This document shows, piece after piece, positions 37,379 to 50,886 of a stretch of 64,000 nucleotides of DNA. Where the stretch lies: contig JAPEUD010000101.1 of the NCBI GenBank assembly GCA_026026165.1, positions 1-64,000 on the forward strand. The letters run 5' to 3'. Source of the stretch: Sarea resinae (lineage: Eukaryota). Every line of letters starts with the position of its first letter. The stretch's first letter is position 1. The notes under the pieces were generated by a model. The model was not told the DNA's origin. It did no database searches and worked only from the letters and a program-made list of their open reading frames with translations. Position numbers and translations under genes: made by a program.

Positions 37379-39107
37379 TTCGTTCGTGTTAGAGCCTCTG
37401 CATTCTCTGGTAGAAATTCAAGGAGAGAAGGAGGAAAGGAAGGAAGGAAGGAAGGAAGAAAGTGAGGCAATCGAGGCTTTGGAGGAGCGCAAACCGCCCG
37501 TTGGACAGAGGGTCAACCAGGACCGAACCAGCCAACCCCGTGAGCTCCACGGCGGTGAAGACGACGACAAGCGTAAAGAAGCTGAAACAGAAGGGGGAAG
37601 CCCCTTCTTCGCCCCTCATCCCTACCCCCCTTTTTCCCCCAAGCAAACCATTCTAGCATTCCAACATCTAAAAGGTCATGTCCGTACCAGAAACTCAAAA
37701 TCTAGAAAAATCCAATAACATATCAAATCCCCATATCTCGTTTACTTCGGTTCAGATATCTTATTGGTCTTGGTAGCAATGGCTTGTTACGTAGAAAGTG
37801 AGGCTCGGGCTAGGATGAGTAGGACCAGTAGGTATAGGAGAGAGGAAACCGAGGGAAGCGGAGAGGGGGCCCTAGGTGGCATGGACGAGGAGGAAATGGG
37901 GAGTGAACAAGTGGGTGGGTAGCAATAAGCAGTTTGGTCTCCGCAAAGAACTTTACACCTAGCCGAGTCGACTTCTATATGAAAAAACTGCTCATCAATT
38001 GGATCAAGGCAAAGGACGGAGAAATCTCGAGCAATTCACACCGCACAATATCAGTAAAATATGGCCTTCCGTGCTTGAATGCCCTCAAACGGACGGATTT
38101 CGCGTCGTATTCTCATTCTCATTGTGTGAGGCTTCTAGAATCCTTTGGCATCATCCCGTTCCCTGTTTTCCCTAGACCGATCCTGTGTCCCGGTTTCTCT
38201 GCCCGACACCGTTCCCCGTTCGACTCCCATTTCCTGCCCCGAGCCGTACTACCCTCCTCCCTAATCCATAGGACTGGCTCGGTCGAGGCGATCGACACAA
38301 GGCACCGACGGAATATGCGAAGTCAACTGTATATACAAAAAATGCGGCGTAGAAGGGAGGCAAGAAAAAGGAAAGACCGACAGGCACCGGCCGGAGGTGA
38401 ATGTGTTCAAGAAGCGGAGGTAGAAGGTCCTAATATGGTGTCGAAGTTGCATAGGAGATGGTAGATTGGAAAGAGGATGAGAAAAATTTCGCACGGGTGA
38501 AGATGCAGCGCTATATACAGAAAAGTACAGAAGGAGAGAAATGCGAAGCATGTTGTTCAGACAGGCTTTGCTGTCGGAAGATGGAGTGTTGTCGAACTCG
38601 TGCCCGTTGGGTGTAACGGAGAACAAAAAATAAGGAACGATGGAGAAACAATGAATTCCTAAGGGAAGAAAAGACACACGGCCTGCGCATAAGTTCAACA
38701 AGGAAAATTGGTATAGTGGTACAAAAATCATGCCAGATGGATCCGAATCGAAAGTCAAAAATGGTTTGATTGAATTGGTCGACGCTCGCTGAGCGCCCAT
38801 CCCGAACCACGCGGGCTTCCACAGCTGGGGGGCCGAACCGAAATCGAAGGCGCTGAAACGGTGAAATCGTAAACGATTAACGGTGCAGATGGATTGGTTT
38901 GTTTTGGTGGTACGGTATAGTACATCGTACATCGTCCATGCATGCGAGAAGCAAGAAGACATGGATATGGAAATCGGAGTTTCGAAAACGCTCAAATTCC
39001 GGCAAAGCTCGAAGAGAAATGGCTGGATCGTAGCGCCCGGATAATATCATGAAATGTTGTAACGATCAACAGGAAAGAGAAGTTTATCTCGGTCGATGGC
39101 CCTGATG

Positions 39108-40724
39108 TCAGGGTGGCCGATTACTTCTCTGCTCCCGTTCCCGTTCACGTTCAGGGGTACGTGCAGCAGGCTCGTGCTCACGTTCCAGTTTCTCGCGTTC
39201 CCGTTCATGTCTAATATCCGGTCCTGGCGGTTGTGGTAGTTGTGGCGGCGGTGGTGCCTGCGCTTGAGATTGGCGAGTTTCAGGTTGATTAGACGATTGT
39301 CTCGCTCTCGCTTGTTCCTCGGCGCTCGCTAGCCCCGGCGTTTGCTGCTGACCGGTACTGACGCCACTGTGGCCACTACGAGGAACGCTACCGCTACCTC
39401 GACGATGCCGGCTCAAAGGCCTGCCAAAAGAGTCGACCCCCCGAGATGAGACGTCGCTTCGCTGGCGAGAGTGGGCACGTCGACGCCCGGACGGAGTCGA
39501 AGTCGCCGATGATGCCGTTTGCGAATATGTAGGAGACGTGTACTGGGATTGTGAAGCCGGTGGAGGTGCGGCTTGATGCGATCCTTGAGCTTTTCGCTTT
39601 TTGGGTGAACTCGAGTACTCTGGACCACCGGTGTGAGAACGATGCTGAGAAAGACGGATAATTTACTAACCTGACGGCGTCGAAGGCTGGTTCGAGCCTG
39701 AACCTGCTTGAGAGCTGGGTGGAACCCAATGGTGAAAGTATATGGACGGAGATGTTTGTTGTGCCTCTTGCTGCTGAGCCGCCTGCGTCTGCTGCAGCAC
39801 GTGGACAGGCTGTCCTGAAGCGCTTATCTGAATACCCTGAGGTGTTTGCGGTGGCTGTTGGATCTGCATCTCCCCTGTGTTTAGACGAGGAAGCGTGGTC
39901 TGTATGGGTGGTCTCGGCGCAGATGTAGGACCAGTAGGCTGGGTCTGCGACTGTCCTGCCCGCGTGCTTGATGATGGCGATATATTAGCTAGTTGGTAGC
40001 CAGATAGGGGGGTCTGCTGCGATTGCTGGGTCTGCTGTTGGAGAGGTACCACGGATAGCGGTGGTTGTATTATTGACTGCTGGGACGGTCCGTAAATGGC
40101 TGCTTGAGGTTGGCCGATCAGGCGAGACTCTCTGCGCAATTCTGGTGATGTTTGCGGTGGCGGAAGCGCTTGCGACTGTTGCTGTTGCTGTTGCTGCTGC
40201 AGTTGAAGCTGGGCCATATAATGCTGCGCCCACTCGAGGCTCGTATTCGCAAGGTTTCCACCGCCCATTCCAGCGAAGACCATTGGGACCATGTAGGGAG
40301 GAACACCACCTTGGAGCGATTCTCTAAGCATAGACTGCTCTATTTTGCGCTGCTCCAACCTCAAGGTCTCCTGTCGCGTCTTCTCCTCTTCTTGCTTCCG
40401 TCTGTCCTCTTCGGCTTTGGCGTGCAACCAATTTCGCATTGAATCCTCTGCGCCCTGCCACTGCGAAGGTGGAGCAGGCAATTGTCCCATGGGAGGGTTG
40501 ACGGGAGGCGGGCCGCGATCTGGCGCCGGCAGCGTCATCGCCGCCGGCGGTGGTAAGCCGCGATGAGGCGTGCTCATTATCTGTGAGCCGCTCGGCGGCA
40601 GCAAGAAAGGTATGCCACCGGTCACCGGGGAGGGGAATCGAGTGGGCTTGGGCGGTAATGGCGGGGAGACGTCATAGGAATTTCGAAATAAATCGTAAGC
40701 TGGCGGCTTGAGTGTGAGCAACAT
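39108..40724 (-). CDS. Q/P-rich protein of unknown function with a helical core; exons 40724-39671, 39619-39108 (alternative start at 40577)
   Basis: 352-codon ORF joined by a 51-nt GTTAGT...CCAG intron to a frame-consistent second exon (EYSSSPKKRKAQG...). Helical core MRNWLHAKAEEDRRKQEEEKTRQETLRLEQRKIEQSMLRESL, a polyQ tract and a SIYFHHWVPP motif. Confidence 0.8.
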
Positions 40725-41262
40725 GAAGATAGATGGAAGGCGATGACATTGATATCTGTGACATGAGATTGAAAAAAAAAAATAAGCACCTTTTCTGGAA
40801 AATAAGAATGAAATTAATGGGGCGTCAAGCCCTTAAATGAGGTGAGGTGACAGTGACCCCGTGTGAATCAAGTGGCAGAAGCAGCGGCGTTAGGGCGCCG
40901 GATGTTTACAAAGTCGTGTGGACGGCCCGTGCTTGATTCGCCAATAGCGCATAGGGCTATGGGGGAAAGTGGTGGTCGATGGACCGCACTATGCCTGCAG
41001 CGCCGATCTTTGGCTCGCGTGGCCACGGGTGACGATCGAATAGAATTCCGGGTACTGGATGGGGTGGAAATCGGACCTAAAGTTTTGGGATGGACGAATG
41101 AAGGGAAGATTGGCGGTCTTGGTGTGGGTAGGGTTCCAGGTCAGGTCGCATGTAAGGTAAAGGTGAGGTTAGGTTGAGGTGGCAGGTAAAGAAGTATCCG
41201 GATGGGGTGTGTGATATGAGTGAGTACGTCCGTAGTAGTGGTAGTGGTAGTGTATTGTGCGG

Positions 41263-41289
41263 GTGTGTGTGTGTGTGTGTGTGTGTGTG
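41263..41289. repeat. (GT)n dinucleotide microsatellite
   Basis: Continuous GT run. Confidence 0.9.
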
Positions 41290-42773
41290 GCAGTGGCATG
41301 CGACTGAAACGCGACACGGGCGAACAGTTAGTAGAAAAAGTAGGCACGGACGCCAAAACACAGACTTCGAATCGCGGACGCGGGGCCCACGACCAAGGAA
41401 AGAGAGGACCCCAAAGATCAAAACCGCGACCCAAGAACGCAAGCCGTTACAATGCCAAGTGGAAGCGAGTGAATCTAACCCGGTCCAGGCGCGGGCGGCA
41501 AGAAGGTAAAGGGAAGAATAGTAGATGGATCTAAGACCGGCTCGTCAAGAGCTCGTGAGGAGAAAAGGTCATGGGCTCAGAAAGGAAGGAGCGAAGCTAA
41601 GACGGAAGTCGACGACGGCGTGCCGGCCGCGAGCTGAAGGAGCGTATGTGGCTGATGTCCAGCAAGCACTCGTCACCACTTTGAAGGAAAGTATAAGAAG
41701 TGAAAACGGGCAAGTTCGATCGAGAATGGAAAGAGGAAGAGAGTGAAGGGAAGGAGAAGACGAAGTAGTGGACGAGAGAAGAAGAAGGAGGTCGTCTGCC
41801 ACTTCTGACCGCAACGCTATCGGTGATTGAATTGCGGCCTGGACGAAGTAGGCATGAAGACGAGTTTAGTGGGGACTGAGAAGGGTAAGGTGGAGTTCGA
41901 GCAAGTGCGGTAAGGAAGGGACGAGAGGTCAGATCCAAAGTCAAATCTGGAAGAGCGCAAGTACGAAGTCGATAGGTACGGACGAGGTACCGATACGAGA
42001 GGTGTACCGCCAAAGAAGCCTTTGATGGCAGCGAATGGCATGGACGAAATGAATATCAAAGAGAATGGAAGGTGGATCCATGGAGGACTTGACGCCTTCA
42101 CGAGACTACTGCCCACGACCCATGCAGACGAGTGCGCGACTATCACTGCTACGCTCACCAGAATCGGGCATATATCGCCCAAAGAGAGCAAGAGACGGCT
42201 TCTGCGGCGCACAGAGAGGAGATGCATACGACTCTACGTGCGAAAGGCTGCTGCTGCCTCGTTCCATGCTCTGGCCGCGTTCCCGTTTAGGCTTTGAGGG
42301 ACTGGCCTACCTACTGCAGTACTCTAGTAGGTCGATGTCAAGGTCCGATACCAGATAGACTTGCTGCGGGCGTATTCGAGGGAGAGGGACTCTAGCTGGG
42401 ATCTTCGACCGTACAGTAGTCCATCCAAGGGAAGCCAAGGAAGAGTAAATTAGAGTAAGGCATGGCACATGGATGATAGATGGACGGCGGCTTGTCTGGC
42501 GTGGGCACTGGCGTGGACACTGGCGTTGATTGGCGTGGACAGGCGTGGACAGGCGTGGCCATGGTGGTTAGACATGGTGGACATGGCACTGGCCTGCCTG
42601 ACATTTGCAGGGAGGGGCACGGGTACCGGGGATTACGTGGGTTTGGAGGGGGGGGGAGGGGGGGCAGCTCGACGGGCATGCATTGAACTGGGACCCTTTA
42701 CCATTAGGGAGGTGCTCTTGGGACGAGAGCAGTAAGGTAAGGAGGTGGGAGCCCGAACTAGACCGCCCCAGGA

Positions 42774-42835
42774 AGAACCGCAGAACCATAGAGTAGAACC
42801 ATAGAACCACAGAGCCACAGAGCCACAGAACCATC
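42774..42835. repeat. Degenerate 8-mer array AGA(A/G)CCA(C/T)
   Basis: agaaccat/agaaccac/agagccac units in tandem. Confidence 0.8.
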
Positions 42836-45739
42836 CATTGCTTGCCGAACAGCACCTTGTACGAAGTACGCATAGGTAGGTACACATCATCGACCATTGA
42901 ACCGCAGAACCACACACCGCATTGGCGATCGTTACTCGATGCAGCAACCCGTCACGGCAGGTACATACTGAAGTAGTAGTAAGTGGGAATGGAAGCAACA
43001 TTGAAACTCAACGGCCACAACGGGTCTTTTCCTCTCCGCCACTCCTCCTCGAGTGGCATCCTTCATGTTCCGCTTTGCAACGGCTGATGGCACAGCCGGA
43101 CTTGGCTACTCAAGCAGAAGGAGCCGCAACCACAAGCAGGGATCAATGCAACTTGGTAGTATGGTGGCCTCCGATAGCTAGCAACATCATCATCGATGCG
43201 TGAATAAATCTACAGCAAGGAAGAGTCCACGGTACCAGATAGGTAGTGAGGAACGGCCGCATCGTGATCAGTCCATGGCAGTACCGAGACAGCAAGGTAG
43301 CCCAGCGTCCACGTACCTCACCGAGGTGCCTCACCTCTGCCTTGAGGGAGAAGCTGGGATCGCTTCCTCGCCCGTGGGCCATACGCCTCATCAATCGGTA
43401 CGCTGCACAGGGAATAAAAGAGCTGTTTGATGAAAGGACTCGAGGACCCAAGCTGCCATCGCAATTAGTCGCCGAGGGGATCATATATCATGGTAGGAAT
43501 CGATTGATCCATGCCCCATATGCCACATATGCCACATGCAAAAGGTCCCGCCCAGCCCATGTCAAGCGCACACTCGCTAGGCCACAATGGAGCACTTGAA
43601 ACATCCAGGACTCGCGTCCGTCCTCTTTGCGGGTCAGACTAGCCAGTCTCGTTCTTGTTGAAGGGTCCAATGGATCATTTTCGATTTATCATTCTGGATC
43701 GATAAGACGGACCCAGACAGGGCCCGGGTAATGCATGGTTCACTCGAGTGCTGCGTATCCGTACGGCAGAAGAATGGAAGAGCCCCGCGCGCCCGCCCCT
43801 CCGTCTAGAATCATTACGAATTCCTTCGTCAGGCGGATATGAGGCGGACATGAGTAGCACCCGACTCGGACAGTAAGGCAGGGTAGTATTCCACCTGGAA
43901 TGCGTGCGGTACGAAGGGCCATACCTGCTTGCCTGCTTGCCTGCTTGGTAAGAGGTAATCTTGCCTGGGAGCAAGACCGAATGACGAAGACGCGGAACTG
44001 CTCGGCGCCGCCCTTTGCAAACGAGATGGGTCCATTACTTATCCGCCTCGCTACAGTACTGCGTAATTCCGGACAGTCGCCCTTTTGGGGGCTGTTTTGG
44101 TGTCGTTGCTTACCGACTGACTTAGCAGAGCTTACACAAAGCAATTTCCATGCCGCGAGGCCGACGACAGAAGGTTAGAAGGCGAGCAAGTGTCGGAGCG
44201 TTCGAGGGTTCATGACTGCTGCTGGTTGCATCCATCATATGCTTCATTTCACGCAGGGTGCGAGCAGGAACAGCGCATTCGACGGCTCGATCAGTGAATC
44301 GCCATTCGTCTGGCGACACAAGCCTCGATGCGACGATGGCGATGAAGACGATCACGGCCAACCGTACGCAGAGCCTCGGTACGGATACGGCAATGGTAGG
44401 ACGTGAAGGGTCCACGGTCAGGTATCAAACGTATTACGAGGACTCTGCTCTGCACGTCTCTTCGCATCCTTTGCATTTGATCCTTCCAGGTTTGCATCCA
44501 ATCTCTCCGCATGGATCCGATGTACGAGGTTACGAAGTGCTATTCGATAGAGGGAGTGAGTAGTGACGCACCATCCCAGTGTTCGCATTATTGCTGCGAT
44601 ACCTACATTGATACCTACTCCGGAGTACTTCATACATAAGGTACCTTACCTACTGGACCCTCGGACCTAGACAGTAGGGAGTCGGGGTACTCATTCTCTA
44701 GTAGACTATCAAGTACCCTAGGCGTACCTATCGGTACACAAAGTAACTACATGCCTTATTTTGCACCTGGAGTACTTACGTCGTACGTCCACCAAACCCA
44801 CCCAACCCACCAAACCCTGTCCGATCTCTCACTCTCTCACCCTCGCTCGCAATCTTCCTCTCACTCTATCTGAGACAAGCCCTCCCCCCCGGGGCGGAGA
44901 TGGATGCCCGCCCATCTGTCTGCTGTTCCCCATTCCCACCCCTCGAGCACAACCATCAGCCATCCCCGGTCCTCGCTTCGCCGATTGCAGATCGCCTCCC
45001 TCTCGATCCATCCATCCCAGTCCCAAGTAGGCGGGCGGTTTGGCGGCTCACCAGCCACCAACGCTCTAGAATGCATGTGGATGATGTGGATGATGTGTTT
45101 GATTTGAAGGACTGCCCGGCATGGCTCTGCACGGCACTGCACGGCACTGCATGCATGCATGCGCCATGGTAACGGAGGCCACAGCCATCGAGTGGCGGCG
45201 TCCCTCGGTGGCGGATCAAGTGCTAGCTACCTACTGCGTACTTCGTACTTCATACTGCGTACATCACTACGCGCCACTGCTTTCCACCATAGGTCCGGTA
45301 CTCGTACTTACATTTCTTAACTCCAAGCTCTTACCGTTCGATCTTTAGTAAGGTTTCCTTGAGACCCCTAGTCTGAAGTACTAAGTACGAAGTACCTGGC
45401 ATCTGTTTGTTTGTTGTGTTTCTGGAGGATCGCTCCCCTCTTTCTTGGGTGTCTATCGACTCGATTCACATTCAGGTCAACAATCTCAAGCGTCAACACG
45501 TAATCGGTAACGAAGTGAATGTGAGAGGCCAAACATGTCTTTGTCATTAGTCAAGGGTCAGTGGTTCACGACAAAGTTGAAAGAGGCAGCTAAACCCCTT
45601 TATTCCCAGCCTAGACAATAGAGACATAGCTATACCCTTGGAATATGGTACAAACAGCCCGCCAGCCTGATGAATCACAGATCACAACACCACTATATGC
45701 AAATGCCGACAGCCACCATGCGTGAGAAAAGGAGCACCT

Positions 45740-48700
45740 CTAAAAGCCAAAATTATCCAACAAAGAACTGGAATCTGGTTCTTCGAAGACTTTTGCTGGC
45801 TGTTGCCTGAGCGGCACCGGAGGGGCGGGTAGATCGGCCACGACGATAGAACTGCGTCGTTTGAGTAACGCATGCGGGTCCGGTACATCCTCTAGCCCTT
45901 TCTTCGAATCCGGTGGTTGTTGTAGGAATTCCCAGTTGCGTACTATTTTGGAAAACGGCATCAGCCATGGTCTAACTCGCGCTCTGCTCCCTGAGACTTA
46001 CCTAAATCTAAAGCGAGAAGATCGCAACCCATCCGGTCGTACAGACGTGCGGTATGCATGATAAACTCCCATTCAACTTTGGGGGGTACTTTGGAAGCTC
46101 CTCGCAAGGTCTGCAGAGTCTTCGCCCGCAGCTGCTTGTATAGTGCCACGATAGGCGGATCATCAGCGAGAAACAATTTGGCATGAAGGCCCGGAGATTC
46201 TGGCGCCTCCAGCAAAGTGTATATCGGCGACTACGACTAATCAGCCTTGAAGTATAGGGTGAGCATCCAACCTACGATTAATGCACGAACGGCTAGATCT
46301 CGTCGATTTAGCATCCAGAACGCCCATGTGGCAAGCCAGCGGTCGCCGTCCCTTGCAGCCTGAGGAAGCACCCGATCCTCGAGTATTTGCCTAAGAACTG
46401 GACTGTCGTCACCCTCATAAACGCGAGCAATGGCAATAGCAAGCTGCAAATCTCCGATCTGGTTGATACAGACGTTGACGGCGTCCTTCAGGCTTCCGGC
46501 TAAGATAAAAAAGGCAGCGGCGTAACCTAAAAGCATACAATTATCATCGATACTCTTGTCGTCTCTGACCGTATGTAAGAGGTGCCTTACTGAATCGTCG
46601 CTTGCCTAGCAGAGCATAAGCGTTCTTTAGAGCCGCAGTCTTCCACCGAGGCTCTTGGAAGTTGTTCGCCAAGAGCCTCTGAGTTGATCCTTGTTCTCGA
46701 TGCCACGTTGCCATCCTCCAAAGACCAAGAAGAACATTCTTCTTGTGCAGAGCAAGATAGAATAGACTACAATCAATGGGATTTTTCTCATCGGTCTTTG
46801 TGTATTCATTTCGTGCAATGACCTCAAATTGAGCTCTCTGAAAGCATAGCATAAGCACACGGCCTGCCGAAAGTGGGCCGATATTTCAACTCACCAGTGC
46901 GGTTATATCAGTCAGCCAGGAGAACATGCCAGACTCTCGAGCCTGCCCCCAGGTCATCTTGCCTTGGAACTGCCGGGAGACCAGATCTATTAGTATGTCT
47001 TGGCTACCACTATGGTACGCCCAAACAATTTCACGCCAGGAAATTGATCCGGAAACAGCGCTTTCGCGCGCATTTCTTAATATGTGTTGTCGGAAGAAGA
47101 GGAGGAACCGGCTTGCGTTTAAGTCCATTGAACGACGATGTCTCTCCACGGTTGCAACACATTCTATGATATCTGCAAGGTCGAGTTGCTCGTGGCTCGA
47201 TAGTTGCGGAACCGTAATATTCGTCAATTTCGTACAGAGAGAAGCTGCTATTTCTTCTGTGACGGTTTGAGGTTCTTCATCAGAAAAATCTGCGTATGAA
47301 GAATTCACTTCTTTCCTTGCAATACTAGGGTGTTCCTGTAACAATGAGTCCACATTCAAATTGTGTAGACAAATATTACTTACATCAAGCTGCAGGAAGA
47401 ACTCATCCAGTGAAATTCCCAAGAAGCTATCAATCTCGTCTCCTTCAGTAAAATATTTGAGTGCCTTGTGCAGATTGATCAGAATTCTCTGCACAAGCGT
47501 AGATTTCCCGTACAGTATGCACTGGAACAAGAACTGGGGGTGGAAAACAGGCAAGGGGCCGTTCAAGCGGCTAACAATGTCAAATAGATCCTTCGGCACG
47601 GGTTTTGGAGAAGGCAGCCTCATATCAGACACAATCTTATCTGAGACATCGATTTTCTTGTCGTAAACCAAAAGCTGATTGCCCGTCCCAATAACTAAAT
47701 TGCCATTCCCAAGCCAGGTAGAATCTCCAATAGGATGAGGAGTTATATCTCTAATGCGAATCTCCCTGATTGTGGCCCAAGCTGGCCGAACCCCAAGATA
47801 ATCATATCTCAATTGCGAAAGCAGAAGAACTTTATGCGGAAATCCTACCGCAAGAATTGATTGATCATCCGGTGTCGATGTCCAATCCAGATCCTGAATT
47901 GCATCCTCGGAGTCGAAGGCTTTCTCGAACTCTAATTGAGCGCCTCGAGTATCCCATATTGTCAGCGAGGTCCTCTGGGCATTCACTAACGCCGTCTTTC
48001 TTATGGAACTGGCGCTTGCAAGTGATGGATTCTCAATCGACGTCTCTACTGTCGAGGTGAGCAGCCAGTGAATTATGTGCTGCTCAGAGTTGACCTTCGC
48101 CGTCCATGACCTCAGGACGCCGCTGCAAGTGTACGAGATGGCCACATCCCTTGCGAACGTGTCGAGAAAGCCTGAAATGACAGAGACAGAGCCTGCCGGA
48201 TCGACAGGAAGGACGTAGGCGAGATCATCTTCCATACCAAGATCAAAGCTGCAATATTCTTTGAGGGCGACCTGCTCATCCTGGCCATTTGTCGTCTCCT
48301 TTGCGGTTCTCTTAGAAGGTAAGCGTATTTCCCAAGCAATGCCTTTCATCTCTGAACTTATTGTTGCTACATATGCTATCTCGGTGCGGGCTTCTGTGCC
48401 CGGCAGCGCTATGAGACATAGGGGCCTGCCTGATAGATGATAATGGCAAGATATGATCTCAACCGCCCGTGGGAGTCGAGTATCCCATAATGATATTCTG
48501 TCATGGTGTAGAAGAACAGTCAAGCTACCTTCATCCAGCAGGCACATTCGATGAATATGGTCCGGAATGTTCACCTTGCTCTGCCGTACTAGAGTTGTGC
48601 CGGCAACGGCTCGCTGCGTCCACACGAGGATCTCATTACCGACCGTTCTAGACGCCAACGCATTCCCACTTGCGGTGCGAACAAGTTTCTTTACAGAGTG

Positions 48701-50051
48701 AGAATGGCCGGACCATACCGCCACTCGACGTAAACGATCTGAACGCGGAGAAGGGTCAAAGAGATCATCCACTTCACCCTCGAATACCTCGATTCTGCCA
48801 TCAAAATGATGAGCAAGAATAGTGAAGCAGTCTTTCGGTCCATCCCCGCAAAAGCTATAGAATTTTGCAAAGCCTGCGGTAGGATCACCGAGCATGAATT
48901 GGAACGGCATGCCATCAGTGTGCGCCACATTGAAAACGTTCATCACGTCTTGTGCTTTGGCACTGTTACCCTCCAGACCCCAAGCAGACATGTGCCCACT
49001 CTCATCAAGCACCACACAGACTTCTGGAGTCGTGTTCGCTATTTCAATCAAATGATGCAAGCCGTGATGCTCCTCGTTGCTTTCTGGCTGGCGCTGCACG
49101 GCTTTACCTGCAGCCTGGGCGAAATCTCGGCTATCGATTATGAAAGCATATCGGGTATGTGATTGCACACTAGATTGAGAAAGTCGTGGCTTGATGGCTT
49201 CTTCCATATCTATCTCAGCACATAGCTGAAGGAATTGGAGCCCGTGAGGGTCTGTTGACGCCCATATTCTGAGCTTATTGTCGGCGCAATTGGTGTAGAG
49301 AATGTTTTCGACGATCTGTGCGGGATCGAATGGACGTCGCCAATGCATACCCGTGACACTGGCTGGGTGAGCCAGGTATGTGAAGTCGAATCTTACATCG
49401 TCAGGACTCAACGACTGTCTTCTCCATATTTTCATGAGCCGATCATAGCTTCCCGTCGATGCAATCAAGCTGCTGTCGTAAGAAAATTGTGCGTATCTTG
49501 GGGGGTTCGCAAGCTTCCGGCTCCAGAGTACACTTGGAGTGTCAACGATGGAGTAAAGAATCAAAGATGAGCTTCCCACCAGCAGCTCCTCTGACGAGCC
49601 CCAAGACAACGTCGTGATAGTTCCTTCATCTTCATCAAGTTCCAATGAGCACCTCAGCGACCACTATGTTTGGTAGTCAGTCATCAGCCGCTTGCAAACC
49701 GAGCATTATAGGATGAAACCTTCAAGGCCCCCTCATTTCTTCCGTAAGGCTGATAGACATAGATCTTCCGGCCGGCACATGTTGCTATCCTTGCTGAAGC
49801 CTCATCAAAGATCACAGCTTCGAGCTCTTCGTCTTCGTCATGATAGACGGTCTGCAGAATATGGTCGATGCCGCCTAAAACAACCAGGGCGTTGCCGGAA
49901 ATGTATGCCTATTCGCAAGAGACACCATCAGGTCAGAAAAGTCAGGTCTAGTGTAAAAATGAGCACGTACGATCAAGCGCTTCCCCTCCCATTGTCCAGT
50001 GCAAAGAGCTTGAATACGGGCCTGGGGATTTCCGGGTTGCACGGCCCGCAT
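45740..50051 (-). CDS. RAV1: RAVE complex subunit Rav1 (WD40 + Rav1p_C); multi-exon
   Basis: Start MRAVQPGNPQARIQALCTG...|AYISGNALVV; WD repeats (FTYLAHPASVTGMHWR); LNGPLPVFHPQFL, KNPIDCSLFYLAL, WKTAALKNAYALLGKRRF, YAAAFFILAG, LYDRMGCDLLALDL; C-terminal SLLDNFGF*. Confidence 0.92.
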
Positions 50052-50886
50052 GGAGAGAGCTCGAAGGAAACGATCCTAGTCCACGGCTTCAGAACATTTG
50101 CCTCCAGCTCGCAAGCATGCGACGGATATATTGCCCGTGTGCGCGACAGGCCAAGTTGTGGTGTTCGATCAGGATACGGCTCGCAACGGAACGATGCAGC
50201 ATTCAAGGCGAATTCGACGGTAAGGTGTATCTAAATGGCATATGATCATTGATCACGGTCCGCGGAATTAAGCTACAAGCGAATTAGAGGTAGCGGGACC
50301 GGACTCGTCGACGTCAACACAACTCGAGAGCCACGAGTCGAGTACCAGGCACGAAGTACTTTCGTGCCATGCTATGGTATTCGTACTCCGGAGTAGGGGA
50401 AAGGCAAAGCGAAGTCAACGCCATGTGCAGTTGGTGGTCCACGCTCTCAGCTCTCAAACGGATCACGAAGGCAACAATGCAAGACTACTAGTAAGGTGGA
50501 TAACATCCAGTCTACTCGAATCGTGTAGGGATAGAGAGTATATTGGGCCATGAGCATCAATACAAAGGTAGGTGGGTATATAATATACATCGTATCCAAC
50601 GATTCTGCCAAACGCCCAGATGTCTTTTCGCGGTGCCTCAAGGGGCCCAGGAGATGCCAACTGAGACCATGTGCGAAATCCGACCAAGCTTCTTCCAAAG
50701 AACTCCCCGAACGACCCAATCTCTCTACGGAACTCGAAGCCGCGAATCCAATCCTAACGCCAAGGCTGATTTTTGGGGCCAAACCTTTCTAAACGCCAAT
50801 ACATCCAGTGAATCCATCCATTTATTCACCCATCCCTCCAAACAATGAATACCAAGTCAGATAGGCATCGACATTCTCGAGCCTCT

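Noticed and set aside
36109..37470. Long minus-strand ORFs over allantoicase
   Set aside because: Antisense shadows caused by high GC3.
50347..50368. Hairpin GGCACGAA-GTACT-TTCGTGCC upstream of RAV1
   Set aside because: An 8-bp stem is plausible by chance; no ncRNA context.
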